Virus record (IMG/VR): IMGVR_UViG_3300012001_000012
DNA length: 64,000 bases
Reading direction: 5' to 3' (one strand)
Source: an uncultured virus (IMG/VR IMGVR_UViG_3300012001_000012)
Lineage: Duplodnaviria > Heunggongvirae > Uroviricota > Caudoviricetes
Shown piece after piece: positions 1 through 9,780 of the stretch. Under the pieces are notes generated by a model, which saw only the letters and a program-made list of their open reading frames with translations, did no database searches and had not been told where the DNA came from. Each line of letters starts with the position of its first letter. Within the stretch, counting starts at the first letter, position 1. Both the position numbers and the translations under genes were made by a program.

Positions 1-6
1 GACTCC

Positions 7-1101
7 TTAGATGGTTCCGACGAGGACGGCTGCGGTGAAGGACTCCACGGATGCTGCGTAGGAGCTTTCCGCCAGGGCGATCGCACGGTTGGTGTGGTAG
101 TCCATGGCCGGGCTGACCTCGGACGGACCCTTCCAGATGTTGATCTGGCCGGTGATGTACAGCCAGGCCGAGCCTGCCGGGGCGGTGCGTGCCCCGGGAC
201 CGGCCGTGCCGTACCCGCCGGCGAGCGCCGCGGTGGTGCCCAGGATGGTCTGGATATCCGGGGCCTTCCAGTCCAGCGCCTGCTCGACCAGCAGCAGCGC
301 CAGGGCGTTGCCGGAGATCAGGGGTGCGAAGGTGGACGTGTCCCGGGCGTACTGTTCCAGCAGACCCAGGGCGTACCTGAAGCTCGTGACCGGAGTCCCC
401 GGAACGGGGGTCAGGTCCACGGCTGCCGGGTTCAGCACCAGGGTCTGGAGCTTGCGCTCCACCGCCCAGTCCTCGCCCCGGTCGTAGGCATCCTTGACCA
501 GCGCCTCCGCGTCCTGGCCCAGCAGCACCGGGGCATCCAGGCCCCGGTAGGTCTGGAATAGCGCGGTGGTGTTGGTGCCCAGCATGTCAAAGGTCTTGAC
601 CCCGGCCGGGATGTTCCCGGCGCGGGAGACGGTCGGGACCGTCCCCGGGGTGCCGGCGGCACCGGTGTCAATGAAGCTCAGCGTGCCGGCCGGGAGGGTG
701 GTGACGAGGGTATTTTCGGCCCCCGCCGCAATGCCCCGGTAGACCCGGAACAGCTGGGCTCCGGCGACGTCGGCCCAGGACATGGCCTGCGTGCCGGTGG
801 CCACCAGGGTGGCGGTGATCTCGTTGGACCCGTCGGTCTCGCCGTAGCCGGTGACCGCGGTGACCTTCCAGAAAAACGCGCCCGCAGCGAAGGTGCCGCC
901 GGTCGCGGCGGTGGCGCCCGCGGTCAGGACCGGTGCCGTAATGGCGCCGCCCTCAACGGGGACGTCACGGTTGTGCCCGTCGAGCACCAGTTCGTACTTG
1001 GTGGGGACGAACAGCTGGTGTCCGGCCCCGGGGATGACGTTCACATGCTGCAGCAGTCCGCCGCTGGCCTTGGCCAGGGATGGTGCATCGATCTTGAACA
1101 T
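7..1101 (-). CDS. Probable major capsid pentamer protein with inserted Ig/FN3-like domain
   Basis: Directly downstream of the main capsid gene; RBS GAAGGAGG; resembles the two-capsid-protein layout of mycobacteriophage cluster B-like phages. Confidence 0.65.
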   Translation of the reverse strand: MFKIDAPSLAKASGGLLQHVNVIPGAGHQLFVPTKYELVLDGHNRDVPVEGGAITAPVLTAGATAATGGTFAAGAFFWKVTAVTGYGETDGSNEITATLVATGTQAMSWADVAGAQLFRVYRGIAAGAENTLVTTLPAGTLSFIDTGAAGTPGTVPTVSRAGNIPAGVKTFDMLGTNTTALFQTYRGLDAPVLLGQDAEALVKDAYDRGEDWAVERKLQTLVLNPAAVDLTPVPGTPVTSFRYALGLLEQYARDTSTFAPLISGNALALLLVEQALDWKAPDIQTILGTTAALAGGYGTAGPGARTAPAGSAWLYITGQINIWKGPSEVSPAMDYHTNRAIALAESSYAASVESFTAAVLVGTI

Positions 1102-1167
1102 ACGCCCTGCCCTCCTTCCGGGGGGTGGTGGTCAGGGGGCCGCGGGCACGGCCCCCTGACGGATGGC

Positions 1168-2928
1168 CTATGCGCCGAAGTTGTTGGCGATGCTGTCGGT
1201 GGCGCGGCGGCCGTTGGCGTACAGCGTCAGGGAGACCCGCACACCGAAGCCGCACGGGTTGGTCACCAGGACACCCTGCTCGACGAAGAGTTCGACGTAG
1301 TCGTTCTTCTTGAGGTTGGTGGAGTCGTAGATGGTGTCCATCGTGATGACCGGGGCCACGCCGGCGACGTAAGTGCCGGCCGGGTACATGATGACCTCGA
1401 CGGTGTCGTTGTACTTCAGCGCGATGTTCTTGATGGGGTCGATGACCAGCGGCTGCTCGGCGGTGATCCACTGCACCTTGATCATGCGGGCGGTGAAGTG
1501 TGCGTCGATCTGGGCGTCCGTGACGGAGACGGAGTCCACGGCGGCGCGGTTGGCCAGGTCCACGCGGATGACGTTCTTGACCCAGTGCGGGATCAGGGCC
1601 TCGAGGGTCTGGCTCGGGGACATGAAGCGGCGCTGGCGCTCGCCGGTGGCGACCAGTTCCAGGATGTGCAGGATGTCCAGGGCGTTGCCGAACCCCAGGC
1701 CCGCGACAACAGCGGCACCGGTGAAGGCCTGGATCTGGGTCATCTTCTTCTGCGCCAGCTTGTACTGGTGGGCGGTGAGCAGCAGCTCCGAGTAGCGGGC
1801 GATGACCTCGGGCCAGCCCTGGCGCAGCAGCAGGCCGGCTTCCATCATCACACCGACAGCGTCGAGGCGCTGTTCGACGAACGTGGGGATCGTGGGGCGC
1901 AGCGAGGTCTTCAGTTCAACGCCGGCCTCGGCGGTGGCTTCGGTCATGTCCCAGAAACCGGTGGAGTTTTCCAGGACGTCGGCGAAGACCGGGCCCTTGG
2001 TGTACTGGATACCACCGCGGGTGATCGCCACCTCGGGGAGGGAGATCAGCCCTTCGATGGATTCGAGGTGGCAGAAGTCCAGGGACCGCTCGGACGGGGC
2101 GCCCCAGCCACCGGCAGCCACGAGGGACTTGCCGGTCAGGCGGGTCTCATCCCCTGCGGCCATGAGCAGCTTGAAGGCGTCCCGGTCCATGTTGGCGAAC
2201 TCGGCGGCGTTCTGGGAGAACGGGTTGGAGGGCAGTGCGATCTGCAGTGCCGTGTTCTGGACCAGGGTGCCGGCAGGGGCATCCTTGGGCAGGCGGGAGA
2301 GGCGCTTGGCGATCAGGTCGCCGGCTTCCTCGAGGGAGGCGAAGGCCTGGCCCATCTGGTAGCCCTCGGCGGAGGTTGCCGAGAGCAGGCGTCCGCCTTC
2401 GGCTGCGGCGGAGGGAGCCTGGGAAGCCGGAGCTGCCTTGGCGGCCTTGGCAGCATAGGAGCCGCGCGAGAGGTTTGCGGGGGCCTTGATGGAGGCCTTC
2501 TGGACGGGGGCCTTCGGCGGGAGCTTCTTGCCGTTCTTGTCCTCGGTGTCCTCGTCGTCACCGCCGTCGGCGATGTCCTCGGCGTCACCGTCACCCTTGG
2601 GCGGGAACGGGTTCTTGGCGAACTCGCCCTCGGCGCCTGCTTCGGCTTCCTCGGTGGAGGCTTCGGAGCCGGCGGACATTTCGGTCTCGATCGCGGCAAG
2701 CTGCTCGGCGCGGGCGGCGGCGGCCTGTTCGCGGGTGGAGTTCTCGGCCTTGGCGGCGGAGACGAAGTCCTTGATGGCGGACAGTTCGGCGAGTGCCTCG
2801 TCGGAAACGTCCTCGCCATCCTTGGGCTTCAGCTCGTCGTAAGCGGCGAAAGCGTCCGATACGGATGCTTCGAGTGCGGATGCGTCGAGGTCCTGCAGGT
2901 TCTCAGGAGCTACAAACTTCTTACCCAT
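1168..2928 (-). CDS. Major capsid (hexamer) protein with N-terminal scaffold-like region
   Basis: 586 aa; acidic coiled-coil N-terminus, then SLVAAGGWGAPSE...LPEVAITRGGI typical of this capsid family; RBS AAGGAG. Confidence 0.85.
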   Translation of the reverse strand: MGKKFVAPENLQDLDASALEASVSDAFAAYDELKPKDGEDVSDEALAELSAIKDFVSAAKAENSTREQAAAARAEQLAAIETEMSAGSEASTEEAEAGAEGEFAKNPFPPKGDGDAEDIADGGDDEDTEDKNGKKLPPKAPVQKASIKAPANLSRGSYAAKAAKAAPASQAPSAAAEGGRLLSATSAEGYQMGQAFASLEEAGDLIAKRLSRLPKDAPAGTLVQNTALQIALPSNPFSQNAAEFANMDRDAFKLLMAAGDETRLTGKSLVAAGGWGAPSERSLDFCHLESIEGLISLPEVAITRGGIQYTKGPVFADVLENSTGFWDMTEATAEAGVELKTSLRPTIPTFVEQRLDAVGVMMEAGLLLRQGWPEVIARYSELLLTAHQYKLAQKKMTQIQAFTGAAVVAGLGFGNALDILHILELVATGERQRRFMSPSQTLEALIPHWVKNVIRVDLANRAAVDSVSVTDAQIDAHFTARMIKVQWITAEQPLVIDPIKNIALKYNDTVEVIMYPAGTYVAGVAPVITMDTIYDSTNLKKNDYVELFVEQGVLVTNPCGFGVRVSLTLYANGRRATDSIANNFGA

Positions 2929-3075
2929 GACTATCTCTCCTTATGAGATGTAGGGACGTGTGGAGTACAGCAAACTACGGGTGACACACGGCCTACGGCT
3001 CGGAGAGTGTCCTACTGGAACCCATCCTATACGCGAGACGCCGCTCGCTATCCACGATACCGAGCGGCGTGTCGT

Positions 3076-3219
3076 CTATTGCTTCGTGTAGGAACCGCCG
3101 CGCCGGGCAACGGCCGCTTTTGCCTCCACCTCGGTGGAATAGGCGGTCTTTGTGCCGTTAGTGGCGGTGTACAGGTAGGTGACTTTCGTGTTCTTCGACG
3201 CACATGCTCCACAAGCCAT
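3076..3219 (-). CDS. Small 47-aa protein (MACGACASKN...)
   Basis: Read manually; fills the gap between protease and capsid genes; RBS GAAGGGA; below the ORF-track cutoff. Confidence 0.7.
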   Translation of the reverse strand: MACGACASKNTKVTYLYTATNGTKTAYSTEVEAKAAVARRGGSYTKQ

Positions 3220-3221
3220 GG

Positions 3222-5720
3222 TTACTGTCCCTTCAAAGTGGTGAACTGGGTGGCGATTTCGGCCAGGCGGAACGCCCGGATCTCTGCGGAGAGCTGGGCC
3301 GCCGTTTCGGTCCGCTTCTGCTGGGCAAGGTAGGCGTCCATCTGCGTCCTGAACGCCGGGTCCAGCACTGCCGGGGTAGCGCGTACCGGAATGCCGGCGG
3401 CGACCAGTGAGAGCTGCCGGGTGCCGTCCATGGCGAACCGGGTCCGCGGGACCGGGAATCCCTGGACGTTCACCGCCAGCGCCGCGACCAGCTCCATTGA
3501 CTCCTGTCCGCGGAACCGGACCCCGCGCCAGTCCCCGGAGAGTCCGGCCGCGAAGAACTCGTGGACCTGCTTCTCCGTTACCCCGTCACGGAGCTTGCCG
3601 GAGAACCAGACCCCGTGGGCGTCCTCCCCCACCGTGATGTCCGCGATCGCCGTGCCGGTGTTGTCATAGTGCGCCATCGCCCCGCGGACCCCGAGCTTGC
3701 CATTGGCGTGCCCGCCCCCGAGGGTGACCTGCCCGACGGCGACCGGGCCGGCATCGGTGAAGACCTGGCCGGTGAGGAAGTAGGCGTAGTCGGTGGTCGA
3801 GGGCGGGGCGGTGGTGCAGACCTCGTACCCGATGTGGCAGGCATTCCAGGCCGCGAGGTGCCCGAAGATATGCCCGTCGTTGGCCAGGGTCAGCGCGGTG
3901 GGCTGCTCCAGCAGCGGGTTCCGGAAGTAGTCGGCGCTGAGGGAGCCGGCTCCGGCGGAGGCAACGATGGAGACGGAGGGCTCGGAGGGGATCTCGTCCT
4001 CGGCGCCGGTGGGGGCGGACTCCCCGGGATTCTCAGCCCAGGTCCCGATGGCGACGTAGGCTTCGGCGAACGCGGGGATCGCGCACATGGTCGCGGAGGC
4101 GATCCGGGCCGTGGAGAACTCCATGACCTGGGCGTTCTCCGGGGTCCCGTCCGCGCTCATGGCGATGTCGGCGGAGTCCACATCCACCGAGACCCCGCGC
4201 CACATTTTCTTGGCGAGCATCTCATACGCGCGGTCAGCCTCCGGGGTGTCATCGAAGACACCCTCGCCCTTGATGACCCCGTCCTCACGGAAGATACTGT
4301 CGATCCGGGCCACCACCACGGAGCCCTTGTGGCCCTCGTCGTCGGTGAACATGGCCTTCAGTGGCAGCGGCAGGTCCCGGTTGGTCAGCGAGCCGGCGGC
4401 GAACTGGCGGCCGTCCCCGGACGGGACACCTTCGGGGGCGAGGACGCCGTGCCAGGGCCGGAGTCCCGGGGTGGCAGGCGCAGCGGGAGCCTCGGCAGGA
4501 AGGGGGAGCGCATTCTCCACGGCGGCTGTGACAGACTCGGCGGGCTCTTTCGCGGGCATGGTTTCTCCTAGGGGGAAGACGGCGGTACGGTCCTCGCCGA
4601 ACCACAGGGCGATCCGGTCAAAGGTGATGGCGTTCCCGGTAAAGTCCCCGGTGCGGGGGGTGTCCGGGTAGCCGAGGGTGACGTGCGGCAGCCACGTCGG
4701 GAACTGCTGCACGGACTCGTGGGCTTCGGCGATGTAGTCCTGGCCCAGGATGCTGCCGCGGAGTTCCTTCAGGAATGCAGCGTCCAGCAGCACCACATCC
4801 GCCTGGTACTGGCCCAGGACGGCGGTGCCGTTGACTGCGTCCGTGACGGTGCCCGGCTGCTCGCGCTGCACCCACTCCTGCAGGGCGGTCGCGAGCGCGT
4901 CACGGTCCAGCGCTGCGGTGTCGCCCAGGAACAGCAGGGTGCAGTGGGCGCCGTCCGGTTCGGATGACGCGGTGGTGACGGGGTCGGACGCCGCGGGCAG
5001 CGCGACAATGACGCAGGTGGTGGAAACGTCCCCGTCCTCCGGGTCCGCGGCGGCAGTCAGGGTGTACAGGGCCGGATGGGTGGCCTCGGGATAGTGGCGG
5101 AGGATGTTCGCCTTGTACTGTTCGGACAGGTGCGGGTTCCAGTGGGTGCCGAACTCCGCCGTACCGGCGCTGTGGTCGGTGAGCATTACCGGGCGGACCA
5201 CGCAGCTGCAGTCATTCCGGTCCGCCGCCGCCAGCGCCTGTCCGGGGTACAGCGTCCGCACACCATCGGTGGCAAACTCATGCCCGGTCCGGACCCGCTG
5301 GCCCGAGAGGGAGCTGTGGGCAGTGCAGGTGCCGATCCACTCCAGTCCGACCTCCGTGTCAGGGTCGGAGGTGGCGGCTGCCTCGATCCCTGCGTTGTAG
5401 GCGGCCTGGCTGATCCGGCGCGAGAGTTCCACGGCCTGCGCGCTGGCCCAGGATGTCCCGGCCAGGGCCCTGCCCAGCTCTACGGCGAAGGCTTCCTGCA
5501 GGTCATCCAGCACCGGGCCCCAGGCATCGACCTGGGCCCGTGCGGTGGTGTCAAAGATCTCCAGCGCGGCAGCCACGACCGGCATCTCCCAGGACGGCAG
5601 CCCGATCCTGCCCAGCGCGTCGGCCACATGCGGGTGCAGGTCCGCCGCAGCGTCGGTGAGGACCTGCTGCTCGGCGGCGAATGTTTCACGTGAAACAGCG
5701 AAGCTCTCGGTGCGGATCAT
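3222..5720 (-). CDS. Capsid maturation protease polyprotein: MuF-like N-terminus, 2H phosphoesterase, protease
   Basis: Between portal and capsid; HCTL and HVTL motif pair; protease-like region WHGVLAPEG..SGDGR..GH..GVSVD..IPAF. Confidence 0.8.
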   Translation of the reverse strand: MIRTESFAVSRETFAAEQQVLTDAAADLHPHVADALGRIGLPSWEMPVVAAALEIFDTTARAQVDAWGPVLDDLQEAFAVELGRALAGTSWASAQAVELSRRISQAAYNAGIEAAATSDPDTEVGLEWIGTCTAHSSLSGQRVRTGHEFATDGVRTLYPGQALAAADRNDCSCVVRPVMLTDHSAGTAEFGTHWNPHLSEQYKANILRHYPEATHPALYTLTAAADPEDGDVSTTCVIVALPAASDPVTTASSEPDGAHCTLLFLGDTAALDRDALATALQEWVQREQPGTVTDAVNGTAVLGQYQADVVLLDAAFLKELRGSILGQDYIAEAHESVQQFPTWLPHVTLGYPDTPRTGDFTGNAITFDRIALWFGEDRTAVFPLGETMPAKEPAESVTAAVENALPLPAEAPAAPATPGLRPWHGVLAPEGVPSGDGRQFAAGSLTNRDLPLPLKAMFTDDEGHKGSVVVARIDSIFREDGVIKGEGVFDDTPEADRAYEMLAKKMWRGVSVDVDSADIAMSADGTPENAQVMEFSTARIASATMCAIPAFAEAYVAIGTWAENPGESAPTGAEDEIPSEPSVSIVASAGAGSLSADYFRNPLLEQPTALTLANDGHIFGHLAAWNACHIGYEVCTTAPPSTTDYAYFLTGQVFTDAGPVAVGQVTLGGGHANGKLGVRGAMAHYDNTGTAIADITVGEDAHGVWFSGKLRDGVTEKQVHEFFAAGLSGDWRGVRFRGQESMELVAALAVNVQGFPVPRTRFAMDGTRQLSLVAAGIPVRATPAVLDPAFRTQMDAYLAQQKRTETAAQLSAEIRAFRLAEIATQFTTLKGQ
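5682..5697. promoter_or_regulatory. parS site (perfect bacterial consensus)
   Basis: TGTTTCACGTGAAACA, an exact 16-bp palindrome inside the 5' end of the protease gene. Confidence 0.75.
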
Positions 5721-7630
5721 GCTGCAGCCTCCATGTCGATGCGGATGGAGAGGTAGCGGTCCATCTCCTCATAGGTGTGCGGACGCTGGTTCTCGATCAG
5801 GTCTCCCGTATATGCGGCAAGAGCCAGCTCCAGCTGCTCGGAGGGGATGCCCGCACGCTTGGCGACCAGGGGCACTCCGGACCATGCATCGATGAGTAGC
5901 TCCTCCGGATCGGAGTTGGTGGCGAAGGTGTACAGTTCCGCGGCGGAGCAGTTGACCTTCAGCCCGCCCATCTTGTTTTTGAGCCGATTCCCGGCCCGCT
6001 CCAGCGCCCGGAACACCAGCTGCTCGGAGGCCGCCAGCAGGGACGCTTTCCGGGCAACGTCGGAGGAGGGCACCCGGCCCTCGGCCCGGGCCTGCCCCCG
6101 GGTCTGGGAGACCTGCTCGGAGGGGATGTTGCGGGTGGGCAAGTCCTTCAGTGATGGTGCCGGGGTGCCCGGGGTTACCGGGGTCGGCGGGGCGAGCGGA
6201 TCGTCGTGGATGACGTCCCGGATGTTCTCCGGAGCCTCGGTGTCGTGGATGACGGTGAGGTTCACGCCGAGTTCGCGCAGCGCCGCCTCGACAATTTCGG
6301 GGGTGGTGACGCCGAGTGCGACCTTGCGGGTCAGCCAGGCGGCGAGCCCCTCTGTGGTGGGCAGGTCATCGGGGTCGAACCCGCACTCGCGCAGCAGTGC
6401 CTCATCCGAGAGGACCCCGAGCGCGTGCAGCTCGATGGCCTCCTTGGACCGGTTCGGACGCAGCCGCATCTCAGAGGTGTCCGCAGCGATGGAGTACGCG
6501 GAGAGCCGCTCGCCCTCATAGTCGGCGTCCACGGAGAGCAGCGGGCGCAGGTAGCCGGACCCCAGGGCGGTGGTGATGATCTTCAGCAGCGGCTCGGCGT
6601 GGGCCTTGATCGCGGATTCGTCCGCCTGCCATGCGGACCAGTGGTTGGAGTCCGACGCCCCCTGGAGCACCTCGGGCGGGACGTCCATGCCCAGGGCCAG
6701 CCGGCCGATCGCTTCCTTGCGCAGTTCGGCGGCGTGCTGGTCCAGTTCGGACCAGAAGGTCAGGTGCTTGACGGCGGCGATGGATTCGGCGGAGGCCGTG
6801 ACGACGATGGGGACCTTCGCGGCGGCGGAGTCCTGGTCGATCAGGGAGGACGTCATGGCCTCCATCAGGATCGACATCAGCTCATCGGCGTTGTTCGCAC
6901 TCTTCACCAGTGGGGACTGGCCCTCGGCGACCGGGGCCGGGGGCAGCGTCATGGTGTCGGGCATCAGCAGGATGCCGGCGCCGGCGAGCCGGGAGTCCAG
7001 CTGCGCGGAAATGTACTGGCCCAGCTTGTGCAGCTGGCGCAGGGTGGACAGGACCGAGCGGGTGGGGGAGATGGAGTACCGGGGCTGGAGCGGGTCCGGG
7101 CGCCAGATCCGGATGGCGGTGACGTCGTCGGGGTTCACGTCGGTCAGGACGACGTCATTGACCGACCAGGGCTCGTGGTCCACGGAGGGGCGCAGGCACT
7201 TGGTGGAGGCGGTGACCTCCCACTTGTCCTCGCCGTCCCCGAACGGGTCCGGGTCGGGGTAGCCCACGATGTAGCATTCCCCGGTCACGGACATGTGGAT
7301 CCCGACCATGCGGAACATCTCGGCCCGGCCGTCGGCATTCCCGAAGAGGGCGGAGAGGTAGTCCAGGGCGGAGCCGTCGGTGACCTTCTCGATCCCGTCA
7401 ACGGTTTCGACGGTGACGTGGATGAGCGCCTTGGAGAGCATGGAGCCGATCCAGTCACAGGAGTAGCGGAACTCCCCGATGTTCCGGTAATGCTCCCACG
7501 CCTCCAGGTGCCAGGCGGAGGACTGGCCCCGCATCATCACTCCCTGGCCGGACCCGGCCCGCACGCGCGCGGCACTGGCCACCAGCGAGTTGGGCTTCGG
7601 GGCGATTTCCTTCGGCTTCATGCGTCCCAT
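5717..7630 (-). CDS. Portal protein
   Basis: 637 aa downstream of terminase; GEFRYSCDW, RIWRPDP, SRLAGAGIL, NHWSAW motifs of this actinophage portal family. Confidence 0.85.
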   Translation of the reverse strand: MGRMKPKEIAPKPNSLVASAARVRAGSGQGVMMRGQSSAWHLEAWEHYRNIGEFRYSCDWIGSMLSKALIHVTVETVDGIEKVTDGSALDYLSALFGNADGRAEMFRMVGIHMSVTGECYIVGYPDPDPFGDGEDKWEVTASTKCLRPSVDHEPWSVNDVVLTDVNPDDVTAIRIWRPDPLQPRYSISPTRSVLSTLRQLHKLGQYISAQLDSRLAGAGILLMPDTMTLPPAPVAEGQSPLVKSANNADELMSILMEAMTSSLIDQDSAAAKVPIVVTASAESIAAVKHLTFWSELDQHAAELRKEAIGRLALGMDVPPEVLQGASDSNHWSAWQADESAIKAHAEPLLKIITTALGSGYLRPLLSVDADYEGERLSAYSIAADTSEMRLRPNRSKEAIELHALGVLSDEALLRECGFDPDDLPTTEGLAAWLTRKVALGVTTPEIVEAALRELGVNLTVIHDTEAPENIRDVIHDDPLAPPTPVTPGTPAPSLKDLPTRNIPSEQVSQTRGQARAEGRVPSSDVARKASLLAASEQLVFRALERAGNRLKNKMGGLKVNCSAAELYTFATNSDPEELLIDAWSGVPLVAKRAGIPSEQLELALAAYTGDLIENQRPHTYEEMDRYLSIRIDMEAAA

Positions 7631-7633
7631 GGG

Positions 7634-7945
7634 CTATTCCTTTTCGTCGCGCTCGACAATGAGAGCTGCAACGTAGGTTGCGGCCATGATGCCGTTGAAT
7701 ACCCACCACGAAGTGTGCAGGTTGGACAGCCACGCCCAGAGGGCAATGGGGGCTGTGACCCAGAATGAGAGGCACCAGTGGCAGTGCATGAGGATGTTCC
7801 ATGGATTGCCATCGGTTTTGTCGTCCCATTTCACGCGCAGCCACACGGCTGGCGGGAAACTGTCCTGCGTCAGGAGGCGGGTGATACGCCCTGCGGAGAG
7901 GGTGCCGACGACAAATGCGATGATCCACAGAGTAATTTCCACCAT
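7634..7945 (-). CDS. Small membrane protein (DUF1360-like, CxWC motif)
   Basis: Hydrophobic helices, RITRLLTQD and CHWCLSFW; lies between terminase and portal. Confidence 0.65.
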   Translation of the reverse strand: MVEITLWIIAFVVGTLSAGRITRLLTQDSFPPAVWLRVKWDDKTDGNPWNILMHCHWCLSFWVTAPIALWAWLSNLHTSWWVFNGIMAATYVAALIVERDEKE

Positions 7946-7974
7946 GGATATGAGAGTACCGTGCGAAGCATACG

Positions 7975-9747
7975 CTAACCGCTCATTGAGAGGTGCGACG
8001 CTCCGTGTTTGCGGACGAGTACACCCTCCTCATGCTCCACTTCATGCAGACACCGGGAGCAGATGATCTTCCCCTGTGTCGCTTCGGACTCGAAGGAGCC
8101 CGGATGCTCCCCTTCCGGGCACGGCATCCGCCGCGGCAGGAACAGTTCCGGGGACATTGAGGGGTCCTTGAGGATCTGTTCGAGCCGGGCCAGGGTGTCC
8201 CGTGCGGTCTCGACGATCTCCTCTTCCCGCGGGGTGTAGCCGAACATCGACGGGGCGCCGCCGTAGAGGCCGCCCATCAGCGCCTGGCCCGGGGACTTGC
8301 CCGTCATGGAGCCGGTCGGGACGGCAATGGAGGCCGGGGCCTCGATGCCGGCGAGGGCGGTGATGCCGTGGACCAGCGCGTCCACCCGGTCCGGGGAGTC
8401 ACTCTTGGCCGGGACCCACTCGCACATCTGGGTTTCGAGTTCCTCGAACTGGGTGAAGTGGTGGACCCGCTCCTGCTCGTACAGGCCGACGACGGGTTCG
8501 GCGCGCAGGACCTTGCCGCGCCGGGAGGTGACCAGGTCCACCTTCCCGTCGGTACGCACGTTGCGCAGGGTGGAGAGCACCATCTCCCCGCCGTAGTTCT
8601 TCTCCGCCACGATCAGGTCCGCCTCGTACTTGTCGTACGCGGCCCACGCGGCCTGGGCCCACCCGTCGGGGGTGTAGTGCCCGGAGAGGTCATCCAGGAC
8701 GTAGAAGTGGTCCCCGCGCTTGCCGACCACGACGATGCCGGTCTCGTCCCGCTTCCGGTCGCTGGAGCCGGCCGGGTCGATGGCGACGATGATCCGGTCC
8801 ATGTCCAGGTGGGTCAGCGCCGGCCGGCCGAAGGCTGTCTCGCCTTCGCCTTCGGTGATCCGCTCCACCCGGAAGGGCTCGATCATGGAGTAGCTCCACA
8901 GCGCCCCGACGATATCCTCCAGGACCTCCCCGTGCAGCTCCTGCCGGCCCAGCCGGGTGCCCTCGTACTTGGCGAGCATGACCTTCCTGAAGGACGGGGC
9001 GAGGTTGTCCATGTTCTTGTAGGTGGAAACCGTGACGGAGACAGTGTCCGGCTCGGCAATAAGGGTCTTCATCCACTTGGTCGGCAGCGGGGTCGTGGAG
9101 CACAGGACCACCGGGCGCTGGCCCAGGCGCAGGCCGAACATCATGTTGTCCCAGGTCGCCTCGATCAGGGCGAAGTGAGCGGGCTCATCCAGCCAGACGG
9201 CGGCGTGCTGCGGGCCGCGCAGGCGTTCGGGTTCCTCCCCGGTGAAAGCCTGGATGAAGTGGCCCTTGCGGTGCGGGGCCTTGCCGTACTTGGTCTTGGG
9301 GCACCCGCACGGGACGGTGAGTTTGCGCTTGGAGGGCTCCCAGGTGACGGCGGACTTGGCGAGGTCAAAGACCACCAGCAGCCCGGAGTCACCCTCGATC
9401 ATGGTGTCCCGGACGTGGGACCAGGAGGGCCCGATGATGGAGGTGCGCTCAAGGGTCTTGGACATGTTCCTGATCCACTCGGCCCCGGAGCGGGTCTTCC
9501 CGGACCCGCGCCCGCCCTTGAGCAGCCAGACCAACCAGCCCTTCCCGGGGGGCGGCCACTGGTCCCCCCGGGCGTGCGGATAGTCGTACTGGTCGTGGGC
9601 CTTCCCGTCGCATTTCCGGCCCCGGGTGCAGTACCAGACCTTCTTGGTCCGCTCCGAGGCTTCAAGGGCGGCCAGGAACCGCTCCCGGGACTTTGCATCC
9701 CACTGGCGCCATTCATTCGGGTCGACCCCGGCGGGTGCTGTGCTCAT
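7975..9747 (-). CDS. terL: Terminase large subunit
   Basis: Walker A GGRGSGKT, Walker B WLDE, nuclease motifs AIDPAGS and SPDRVDA; Cys-rich C-terminal extension. Confidence 0.95.
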   Translation of the reverse strand: MSTAPAGVDPNEWRQWDAKSRERFLAALEASERTKKVWYCTRGRKCDGKAHDQYDYPHARGDQWPPPGKGWLVWLLKGGRGSGKTRSGAEWIRNMSKTLERTSIIGPSWSHVRDTMIEGDSGLLVVFDLAKSAVTWEPSKRKLTVPCGCPKTKYGKAPHRKGHFIQAFTGEEPERLRGPQHAAVWLDEPAHFALIEATWDNMMFGLRLGQRPVVLCSTTPLPTKWMKTLIAEPDTVSVTVSTYKNMDNLAPSFRKVMLAKYEGTRLGRQELHGEVLEDIVGALWSYSMIEPFRVERITEGEGETAFGRPALTHLDMDRIIVAIDPAGSSDRKRDETGIVVVGKRGDHFYVLDDLSGHYTPDGWAQAAWAAYDKYEADLIVAEKNYGGEMVLSTLRNVRTDGKVDLVTSRRGKVLRAEPVVGLYEQERVHHFTQFEELETQMCEWVPAKSDSPDRVDALVHGITALAGIEAPASIAVPTGSMTGKSPGQALMGGLYGGAPSMFGYTPREEEIVETARDTLARLEQILKDPSMSPELFLPRRMPCPEGEHPGSFESEATQGKIICSRCLHEVEHEEGVLVRKHGASHLSMSG

Positions 9748-9780
9748 AAGGGACAGTATCTCAGGGGTTATCCCCGATAC

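Noticed and set aside
3049..9780. GTATCGnGGATA upstream of both capsid and terminase genes (minus strand) as a late-activator box
   Set aside because: Only two copies, with different spacing to the putative -10; could be chance.
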